Below are positions 25,067-32,428 of a DNA stretch of 41,466 nt, piece after piece. Positions within the stretch are counted from its first letter, which is position 1; each line of letters starts with the position of its first letter. Source of the stretch: Acidobacteriota bacterium (lineage in GTDB: Bacteria > Acidobacteriota > Polarisedimenticolia > Gp22-AA2); the NCBI GenBank assembly GCA_003223145.1, contig QHXY01000039.1:1-41466 (forward strand). Direction: 5' to 3'. The notes beneath the pieces were generated by a model, which was given only the letters and a program-made list of their open reading frames with translations, was not told where the DNA came from and searched no databases. A program made the translations under genes and the position numbers.

Positions 25067-26809
25067 TCAAGCCACGCGCCCATCCGCGGCCGGGAAGCGC
25101 ATCCGGAAGATCGCCCCGCCGCCGGGCCGATCCAGCGCGGCGAGGTCGCCGCCGTGCTGCGTCACGATCGAGTAGCAGATCGACAGGCCCAGACCGGTCG
25201 ACTGTTTGGTCGAAAAAAACGGCTCGAAGATACGGGTGCTGTCGGCCGCCGGCACCCCGGGCCCGCGGTCGGCGATCTCGGCGATCACCAGCTCCCCGTC
25301 ACGCCGGGCGCTGACCCGCACCTCGCCGCCCGACGGCTGCGCCTCGCAGGCGTTCAGGAGGAGATTCAGGACGACCTGGCCGAGGAGCGCCTGGCTGCCC
25401 TGCACGCCGAGCGGCTGGGGGGACAAATCGACCTCGAAGCGGAACGATGCGAATTCGGTCCGGGAACGGACGAACTCGACCGTCTGGCGCAGCACCGCGC
25501 TCAGGTCGAGCACGATGCGCGGGGCCGTCGCCGGGTCCGCAAGCTGCAGCACCTGGCGCACGATGTCGCCGGCCCGTCTCAACCCCTCCTGGACCCCCTC
25601 GAGGCGGCGCAGCGCCGATGCGGCGTCGCTGCGCGCCAGGTCGCCGCGCGCCAGGCCGAGGTAATTCGACATCCCCTCGAGGGGATTGTTGATTTCGTGC
25701 GCCATGCCGGCGGCCAGGCGGCCGACCGTGCTCAGCCGCTCGGTGTGGAAGAGCTGGCGCTCCAGATCGCGCACCCGCGCCTCTTCGCGGGCCGCCGCCT
25801 CCAGCACCTGGCGGCGGCGCGCCTGCTGCACCGCGAACGTCCCGAGCAGAAGGGCCAGGCTCATGACGGCGAGGTTCAGGATGAGCGTCATGCGGTAGCG
25901 CATCGCGAGCGGCTCGACCAGGGCCACAGCCGGTCCCCGCCGCTCGGCGCAGGCGAGCAGCCACGGCGAAGGGGCGGACCAGCTTTCGGTCCGCACCGGC
26001 GCTTCGGCGCGCATGAACCCCGCGCCCCGGTCCTCACGGGTCCCGGTCGGAGCGAGGGGACGCGACGCCCCGGGCTCCGTCACCCGCGCGTCGGCATCCG
26101 AAGCCAACGTCGCGCCCGCGCCGTCGAGCAGGACGCAGACGCGCCACCGGTCCTCCGTCGCACGGTTCTGCGCCAGGAGCTGCTGCGAATCCAGGGTGGC
26201 CTCCAGGGTCACGGCTCCCGATACCCTGCGCACGCCCGTGGTGAACTCGAACCGTCCGGTGATCGCCCGGCCCGCGGCTGACCCGACATCCGGATGGATG
26301 GCGTCCGACGCCTCCATCCCACCCGTCGCCTCCACCGCGGCCGGCTTCCACAGGACCGGTACTCCACCGCGGCGGCCTGCGGCCACGAGGACCGCGCCCC
26401 GATCGGAGCGCGCCGCCAGGCGGGCCGCCTCGGGATGGCCCCGCAGGAAGAGAAGCAGCGCCCCCTCCGCCTCCAGGCGCCTCCAGCGAGCCTCACGCGG
26501 ATCGCGCGACCGCAGAGCGGACTCCAGCCCGAAGAAGATCGGCGACCCGGTCAGGAACGCCAGGTCGGCACGCGTCGAGGCGAGCGCGCTCTCGAGCGCC
26601 CCGGCCCGGGCCTCGGTCTCCAGTCGCAACAGTCTCTGCGCCTCCTCAGCGACGCCGCGCTGCGCCACGGCGATCCCCCCCAGCCCTGCGAGATTGATCG
26701 CCACCGCCGCCGCTGCGGCGACCGCGGTCAACCATCCGACCCCCGGGCTCCATCCCGCTCCCGTCGCCCGCCTCGCCGGGACGTCGCCCCGCCCGCCGCC
26801 CGCCGCCAT
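25067..26809 (-). CDS. sensor histidine kinase with a large periplasmic domain
   Basis: Has two TM segments flanking a ~300-aa sensor domain, an H-box AAGMAHEINNPLEG, and G-boxes (DRGPGV, STGLGLSI). Start ATG 26809 (MAAGGG). Confidence 0.85.
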   Translation of the reverse strand: MAAGGGRGDVPARRATGAGWSPGVGWLTAVAAAAAVAINLAGLGGIAVAQRGVAEEAQRLLRLETEARAGALESALASTRADLAFLTGSPIFFGLESALRSRDPREARWRRLEAEGALLLFLRGHPEAARLAARSDRGAVLVAAGRRGGVPVLWKPAAVEATGGMEASDAIHPDVGSAAGRAITGRFEFTTGVRRVSGAVTLEATLDSQQLLAQNRATEDRWRVCVLLDGAGATLASDADARVTEPGASRPLAPTGTREDRGAGFMRAEAPVRTESWSAPSPWLLACAERRGPAVALVEPLAMRYRMTLILNLAVMSLALLLGTFAVQQARRRQVLEAAAREEARVRDLERQLFHTERLSTVGRLAAGMAHEINNPLEGMSNYLGLARGDLARSDAASALRRLEGVQEGLRRAGDIVRQVLQLADPATAPRIVLDLSAVLRQTVEFVRSRTEFASFRFEVDLSPQPLGVQGSQALLGQVVLNLLLNACEAQPSGGEVRVSARRDGELVIAEIADRGPGVPAADSTRIFEPFFSTKQSTGLGLSICYSIVTQHGGDLAALDRPGGGAIFRMRFPAADGRVA

Positions 26810-26904
26810 GCTCACGCGTGCAATATAGCGCACGCCGGCGGCACCGCACCTCGGCCGAAGTTCCGGACGGCACAATCCGGGTGGCGACGGGACCGCGTGT
26901 CGTG

Positions 26905-26940
26905 GCCCACAAAGAGAAGGGGCCGCGCTGCCGCGGCCCC
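26905..26940 (-). terminator. rho-independent terminator after the lipoprotein gene
   Basis: On the minus strand, GGGGCCGCG-gcag-CGCGGCCCC (9-bp GC stem) is followed by TTCTCTTTGTGGG. Confidence 0.6.
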
Positions 26941-26969
26941 TCGGGTCCTGCCGGATCAACCTCGAGCGC

Positions 26970-27353
26970 TCAGCCCTGCTTGACGGCCTCGATCGAGGCG
27001 ACCTTGATGGTGCCTGTTCCCTCGTCGAGCGTGCCCGTGACCTTCACCGGCACTCCGATCTGGCCCTCCGCAATGCTCGTCTTGTCCAGGGTGTACAGCT
27101 TGTCGTTCGCGTAGAGCTGCACCTTCGCGCCCTTCTTCATGCAGTGCAGGGCGCAGCCCTTGCCGTTCGCGTTGGCATTGGCGGCACCGCAGTAGGAATC
27201 GGTCAGGTAGCCGGTGAGGGCAATCTCGCGAGTGCCGGCCGACTGGTCGGATACGGCGGCCTGGGTGTTGGCGTTCTTGTCCTTGTCGCAGGCAGCCGCG
27301 GCCGAAAGGGCGACGAGCACCATCACGGCGAGAATGGCAGCGAACCTCTTCAT
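26970..27353 (-). CDS. small lipoprotein with a Cys/His/Met cluster (127 aa), function unknown
   Basis: Starts MKRFAAILAVMVLVALSAAAAC (lipobox). Then come YCGAANANANGKGCALHCM and a beta-rich tail. GGAGGT SD. GC is lower than the flanks. Confidence 0.7.
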   Translation of the reverse strand: MKRFAAILAVMVLVALSAAAACDKDKNANTQAAVSDQSAGTREIALTGYLTDSYCGAANANANGKGCALHCMKKGAKVQLYANDKLYTLDKTSIAEGQIGVPVKVTGTLDEGTGTIKVASIEAVKQG

Positions 27354-27455
27354 AATGGGAACCTCCATGTGGCTCTGGGGTGCGCCCCCGTGGCGGTCGC
27401 CGCGCGCCATGTCGCGCGGGGCGGTCCTGGATTGAATCCAATCGAGGCCCCTATC

Positions 27456-28652
27456 TTAGGGCGCCCCCGGCGACGAGTCAAACGACGGCTGGGCGCACGC
27501 CGCGGCCGTCCCGGCCACCGGGGCCGGCCCCGACCCGGAGCTGTCGTTCGACGGTGGCGCCCCTGCCGTTGCCCCGAAACGGTGCGTGAACGAGACCAGG
27601 TAGATATGGTTCGGGAATGTCGCGTCACCCAGGTTGCCGGTATACGGATCGGGGCGGCGGTTGCGTTTCAAGGCGATCGGGACATTGAGCGACCAGGTGT
27701 CGCCACCGCGCGAGTAGTAGACACCGGGCTCGGCGAACGTCTCGTAACCCGGGCGGCGGAAGCCGTGGCTGTCGCCGATCAGGTCGTAGCGCGGCAGCCC
27801 CTCCATCCGGAGCCCCAGGGCCGCGGCGAACGGGCTCTTCCCCAGGGCGAACGCCAGGCCGGTGCGCAGGACGTACTGGTCCGGCACGGAGTTCTCCGCC
27901 CGCGCCTGCTGGGCCGGTGTGATGACGCCTCCTGGAGAAAGCCCGACGACCAGCGACGGCGTCCCGTTCGTGTCGCGCGGATTGATCAGATAGGTGCCGC
28001 TGCCGTAGTACGAGAAGCGTCCGATGCGCTTGAAGCCGTTGATCTCGACCACCGCCCCCCAGCCACCATCCCCCAGCTGGATCGACTGGTCCACCGCCTT
28101 GTCCTGCGGGTTGGTCCCGGTGCGGTCGGGGTAGGTGTCGGTCACGTCATACTTCCCCGTCGGCGCCTTGAGACCGAGTCCCAGGGAGAGATTGCCTCTC
28201 TGGTGGACCTCCGGATTGAACATCCAGTAGCGGCCGGTGACGGTCACGTCTCCGAGACCCTGGGCGTTCTGCTCGCTGCGCTCTCCGGTCGAGCTGACGG
28301 GGAGAGGGATCGACCAGGAGGCGCGCACGAGTGGCACCGCCAGCGCCAGGCTGAAACGGCGCGTCACCGCGTAGGCGCCGGAAAGATCGAGGGCGTACTG
28401 CTTGTTGATGACGTAGGTCTGGTTGTCTTGCCTCTGCACCTGTTCGACCGTGCCGTTGTAGTGGTCGTGCGAGCGCAGACCGCGCGCGGCGGTCCCGAAC
28501 AGCCATTCCCCTTTTTGCAGGTAAGGATCGGCGGACGCGCCGAACACGGGCGCGTTTTGGCGGATGAGGACTCAGCCCTGGGCCCAGGCGGCGGACCGCC
28601 ATGGCAGCACGGCCAGCAGAAATCCCAGCAGGAAGATCGCTCGACGTTTCAC
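27456..28652 (-). CDS. outer-membrane beta-barrel (MetA-pathway/transporter-like), interrupted by one in-frame TGA after the signal peptide
   Basis: GTG 28652 gives MKRRAIFLLGFLLAVLPWRSAAWAQG, then TGA (28574-28572). The same frame continues VLIRQNAPVFGASADPYLQKGEW... into track ORF 27456..28547. It shows alternating beta-strand patterns, GLGDVTV, GLGLKAPTGKYD, and a terminal ...YLVSFTHRF followed by a 39-aa G/A/P/S tail. Confidence 0.7.
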
Positions 28653-28709
28653 GATGTCACCACTCCTCTAGCCAGCTCGATTCTCAGCAGGACTCGGTGG
28701 CCGCCGAGT

Positions 28710-28725
28710 TGCAAGGGCCGCGCCA
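28710..28725 (-). promoter_or_regulatory. sigma54 (-24/-12) promoter TGGCGC-GGCCC-TTGCA
   Basis: Read on the minus strand from 28725 to 28710. There is one mismatch to TGGCAC-N5-TTGCA and the GG-N10-GC spacing is correct. The predicted TSS near 28699 gives a ~47-nt leader to GTG 28652. Confidence 0.6.
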
Positions 28726-28831
28726 GGTGCCGGTGGGAGGGTGTCCCTGGTCTCGTCGACGCGAAGTGCCTGGATTTGCGGGTTTTTGCGGACCGAGGCC
28801 CGGCGGCGGCGGGCCGCGGCTCCGGCGGCCT

Positions 28832-28879
28832 CTCATAGGCCGTATGAGGCGGGGGCCCCGGACGCATACCGTCTATGCG
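28832..28879. promoter_or_regulatory. two related palindromes (UAS-like): CTCATA-N5-TATGAG and CGCATA-N5-TATGCG
   Basis: They lie at 28832-28848 and 28863-28879, with centres 31 bp apart. They sit 107-154 nt upstream of the -24 element. Phased A-tracts (28771-28791) lie between them and the promoter. Confidence 0.4.
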
Positions 28880-28898
28880 CCCGGGTTTGGAGCGGCGA

Positions 28899-31298
28899 TC
28901 AATTGGGTTGCGTGACCACCAGCCTCGGCGATGCCTCGAGCGCCTGCCGTACGATGCGCGCCAGGCCGTCGATGTCGTACGGCTTCTGGACGTAGGCCAG
29001 GGCCCCGTCCCGCATCATCTCGGCGGCGGTGCTCTCCGCCGAGAAGCCGCTGCTGACCAGGACGCGGACATGAGGGTCGAGCGTCTTCAGGCGACTGAAA
29101 CACTCGCGCCCGCCCATCACCGGCATGGTCAGGTCGAGCAGCACGATGTCGATGCCGCCGGGATGCTCGCCGTACACGCGCACGGCCTCCTCGCCATTGC
29201 GCGCGGTGAGCACCTTGTAGCCGTGCATCTCCAGGATGTCCCGGGTGAGCGTCAGCACGGTCGACTCGTCGTCCACCGCCAGCACCGTCAGCGGCGGTCC
29301 TTTGGCGGCCGGCGCCGCGGGAGCGGCCGCCGGCTGGCGCGGCGCGGCCACGACACCTCTGAGGCGCTCCAGCAGATTGGCTGGCGACTCGGTGGCGACC
29401 CGGGCGGCGGCCGCCGCCGCGTCCCACACCGGGAAATGCATGGCGAAGCACGCCCCGCGTCCGGGCTCGCTCGTCGCCTCGGTCCACCCGTCGTGCCCCT
29501 TCACCGCCCCGTGCACCATCGCCAGGCCCATCCCGGCCCCCTGCCCGAGCCCCTTGGTGGTGAAGAACGGCTCGAACACCCGCGGCAGGATGGCGGGGTC
29601 GATGCCCCGGCCCGTGTCCCGGATGGTCAGGACTACGAAACGGCCGGGCCTGGCTTCCAGGTTCGTCTGACACTCGGAGGCGGTCACCGTCCGGTTGGCG
29701 GTCGAGATGAGCAGGCGGCCGCCCCGGGGCATCGCCTCCCGGGCGTTGGCGCACAGCTGCAGGAGCATCTGCTCCACCTGCACGGCGTCGGCAGCGGCGG
29801 TCCACAGGTCGGGAGCGCCCTGGAAGTCGAGCTCGATGAACGGCGGCAGCTTCGGGCGCAGGCTCTCGACCACGCGCGTCACGGTCTCATTCAGGTCCGC
29901 CGGCGCCGGGTGGGTCGTGGCCCGGCGGCTGAAGGTCAGGAGCTGGGCGGTCAGCTCGGCGGCACGCATCGCCGACTTCTCGATCAGCTCCAGCTTCTTG
30001 CGGTTCGGGTCCTCGGCCGGCAGACGGTTCTTCACCAGCCGGGTGTATCCCAGGACGCCGGTCAGAAGGTTGTTGAAGTCGTGGGCGATGCCGCCCGCCA
30101 GCGTCCCGACGCTCTCCATCTTCTGGGCCTGCCGGAGCTGGTCTTCCAGCGCTCTTCTCTCCGTGGTATCCCGCAGGATCCACTCGGTCACCGTCCGCTT
30201 CCCGAGGGAGATCGGCCCGCCGCTCGCGTCCACCAGGAAGCGCTCGCCGTTCCTGCGCACGCACGGGATGCCGTGAAAGCTGCCGTGACCCCGCGACCCC
30301 GAGGCCTCCCGGTAGGCCGCCAGCAGCCGGGGGCGCTCCTCCTGAGGATGCAGGTCGCTCAGCGTGAGAGTTCGGGTCTCTTTCGGCTCGTAGCCGAACA
30401 TCCGGCAGAACATGTTGTTCGCCTCGAGGATCTGTCCGGTCTCGGGGTCGGCCGTGAGGATGGCGTCGTAGGCCCCCTTCAGGAGCCGGCTGTGACGCTC
30501 GACCGAGGCGGCCAGCGCCGCCTGCTTCTGCTGGAGATCGTTCGCCATCCGCCCGACGTCCTCGGTGAGCTGCGACACCTCGAGGGGGCCGACGATGCGC
30601 GGCGGCGGTCCGGGGACCCCCGCGGCGAAGGCGCGCACGAACGAGGCGACGCGGAGGATCGGTTGCGCCAGGTTCGACCGGACCCAGACGAGCAGCAGCA
30701 GGCTGACGAGGAGAATGCCAGATGCCGACACCATGCCGCGCTTCAGGATGGCGGCGTAGATCGCGTACAGCTGCCGCTCCTGGTCGACCTTCAGGCAGAG
30801 GAGACCCCCGAGGTTGTACAGATTCGGGTTGACGCCCTCGAGGAGGAGCGGCGAGACGAGAATCATCCGCCGACCCTGATCCACCACGCGATGCTGTGTC
30901 TGGGCGGTGGCCCGGGCGGCCGCCGCCAGGGCGGCGAAATCCGGGTCGGGGATGGTCGAAGCGTCCCGGCCGATCCAGTCGCGCCGGCTGCTGGCGATCA
31001 CCGAGCCGTCCTTGCCGATGAGCGCGATGTACACCACTGACCGCTTGCTGCCGGTCTCCTCGATCACCTCCTGCACAGCCGATCGCGATCCGAGCCGCAT
31101 GAGACGCTGCGAGGCGGACAGCAGCTGATCGGCGAGCATGTCGCCGTAGCGCACCCCTTCCTCCGCCAGGAACTGGCGCGCCCCCATCAAGTGGTAGAAC
31201 AGCAGCAGCCCGGCGATCAGCATCGCCGGGCAGATGAAGGCGAGGCCCATCAGCGTCGAGGTCGGGAACCGTGAGAGAAGGCGACGCACCGTCGGCAC
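28899..31298 (-). CDS. hybrid sensor histidine kinase / response regulator (periplasmic domain-HAMP-PAS-HisKA-HATPase-REC)
   Basis: Has an H-box GGIAHDFNNLLTGVLGY, a G-box GAGMGLAMVHG, and a REC domain LAVDDE...IVLLDLTMPVMGG...KPY. GTG start. Confidence 0.9.
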   Translation of the reverse strand: MPTVRRLLSRFPTSTLMGLAFICPAMLIAGLLLFYHLMGARQFLAEEGVRYGDMLADQLLSASQRLMRLGSRSAVQEVIEETGSKRSVVYIALIGKDGSVIASSRRDWIGRDASTIPDPDFAALAAAARATAQTQHRVVDQGRRMILVSPLLLEGVNPNLYNLGGLLCLKVDQERQLYAIYAAILKRGMVSASGILLVSLLLLVWVRSNLAQPILRVASFVRAFAAGVPGPPPRIVGPLEVSQLTEDVGRMANDLQQKQAALAASVERHSRLLKGAYDAILTADPETGQILEANNMFCRMFGYEPKETRTLTLSDLHPQEERPRLLAAYREASGSRGHGSFHGIPCVRRNGERFLVDASGGPISLGKRTVTEWILRDTTERRALEDQLRQAQKMESVGTLAGGIAHDFNNLLTGVLGYTRLVKNRLPAEDPNRKKLELIEKSAMRAAELTAQLLTFSRRATTHPAPADLNETVTRVVESLRPKLPPFIELDFQGAPDLWTAAADAVQVEQMLLQLCANAREAMPRGGRLLISTANRTVTASECQTNLEARPGRFVVLTIRDTGRGIDPAILPRVFEPFFTTKGLGQGAGMGLAMVHGAVKGHDGWTEATSEPGRGACFAMHFPVWDAAAAAARVATESPANLLERLRGVVAAPRQPAAAPAAPAAKGPPLTVLAVDDESTVLTLTRDILEMHGYKVLTARNGEEAVRVYGEHPGGIDIVLLDLTMPVMGGRECFSRLKTLDPHVRVLVSSGFSAESTAAEMMRDGALAYVQKPYDIDGLARIVRQALEASPRLVVTQPN

Positions 31299-31306
31299 CC
31301 GGGGGC

Positions 31307-32332
31307 CTACAGCAAATCCACGAATTCTGGTCGGATCAAATCGGGGACGGGCGTCGTCTTCTTGGTCAGCCCGCGCCGCACCAGGAAGCCGCCCAGACGC
31401 CTGGCCACCTTGTGCAGGCGACCGGGATGGCGCGCGCTCCCGAGGAGATCGCGGTTCTCGTTCAGGTCGGGAACGTGGGCCCCCTGAAGTCCCTGCAGGA
31501 ACTCCTCGACGGTCACGCGCTGCCGTTTCGCCATCTCCGCGGCGGCCTCCCGGGGGTGCTCGTTCATGTAGGCGACCGCCCGGAACCAGGCCCGGAGCGT
31601 CCGGCGCAGCTCGTCGGCGCGCCCGTCCAGGACGGAGCGGCGCATCGCCATCACGTCCACGATCTCCCCCGGGATGTCGCGTGTCGAGAACAGGACGTGC
31701 CCCCCCTCGTCGCGTACCAGCCGCCCCAGTCCGGGCTCATAGGTGATCACGCCGTCCACCATCCCCTTGTGAAAGTCCTGCTCTGCTTCCTCCGGCAGGA
31801 GGCTGACCGCCACGACCTCGTCCCGCCCGAGCCCGCCGATCTCCAGGAGACGTTCCAGCTCGTACGAGCCGAGGGCCGACTCCTCGAACGCGATCCGCCG
31901 GCCGCGCAGGGCCTTCAGGTCGCCGATGTCCCGGCGCACCACCAGGGCGTCGCCACCGAACGAGTAATCCACCACCATGACCACCGCCGGCTGGTCATGG
32001 AAGTTGTCGGCGATCTGGACCTCGTTCAGCGTCGCCAGGAAGCCGTCGATGTTCTCCTGGTGGTAGGCCCGCAGGATGCCCGTGTACGACGAGAAATCGA
32101 CCAGGTCGACGTCGACCTTCTCGGCGTCGAAGAAGCCCTGGTCGCGCGCCAGGGACAGGAGCTCGAAGGGAGGCCAGGCGTTGACCCCCAGACGCAACGG
32201 CTCCTTGGGCTCGCTGAGGCACGCGATCGGAAGCATCGCGAGCAGGGCGATCCCGAGAACCGTTCCGGCCCGCGACCCGAACGCCGTCTCCCGACACACC
32301 TTCACCGTCCCGTTCGCTCCCGCCTCCGTCAA
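31307..32332 (-). CDS. periplasmic substrate-binding lipoprotein (NMT1/THI5-like, nitrate/sulfonate/taurine SBP type)
   Basis: Has a lipobox LPIAC and LRLGVNAWPPFELLSLARDQGFF. It ends 8 nt before the hybrid kinase start. A more likely start is GTG 32305, after GGAGGCGGGAG, rather than TTG 32332. Confidence 0.7.
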   Translation of the reverse strand: MTEAGANGTVKVCRETAFGSRAGTVLGIALLAMLPIACLSEPKEPLRLGVNAWPPFELLSLARDQGFFDAEKVDVDLVDFSSYTGILRAYHQENIDGFLATLNEVQIADNFHDQPAVVMVVDYSFGGDALVVRRDIGDLKALRGRRIAFEESALGSYELERLLEIGGLGRDEVVAVSLLPEEAEQDFHKGMVDGVITYEPGLGRLVRDEGGHVLFSTRDIPGEIVDVMAMRRSVLDGRADELRRTLRAWFRAVAYMNEHPREAAAEMAKRQRVTVEEFLQGLQGAHVPDLNENRDLLGSARHPGRLHKVARRLGGFLVRRGLTKKTTPVPDLIRPEFVDLL

Positions 32333-32415
32333 GAATCCGACGGCCGCTTGGCACGCATCGCTTCAAAGGTAAGTTCCCGCAGGGGGGAGTCAAGGGGCGG
32401 GACCGCCGCCTCCTT

Positions 32416-32421
32416 TATACT
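32416..32421 (+). promoter_or_regulatory. TATACT -10 box 7 nt upstream of the cca ATG (possible leaderless mRNA)
   Basis: Sequence is CCTTTATACTGGGGCTCATG. There is no SD between the box and the ATG. Confidence 0.3.
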
Positions 32422-32428
32422 GGGGCTC

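Noticed and set aside
28572-28574. The in-frame TGA in the OMP as a selenocysteine codon or as evidence of genome-wide stop-codon reassignment.
   Set aside because: Only a weak 5-bp hairpin (GCGCC/GGCGC) follows, which is not a convincing SECIS. An exported beta-barrel is an implausible selenoprotein. TGA also terminates many well-supported genes in this window (ChrA C-domain, ICMT, Yip1, FAD oxidase, OCD, mglB).
32349-32365. TGGCAC-GCATC-GCTTCA upstream of cca, which looks like a sigma54 -24 box.
   Set aside because: The nearest GC dinucleotide is at GG-N8-GC instead of GG-N10-GC and there is no TTGC. A TATACT box sits closer to the ATG.
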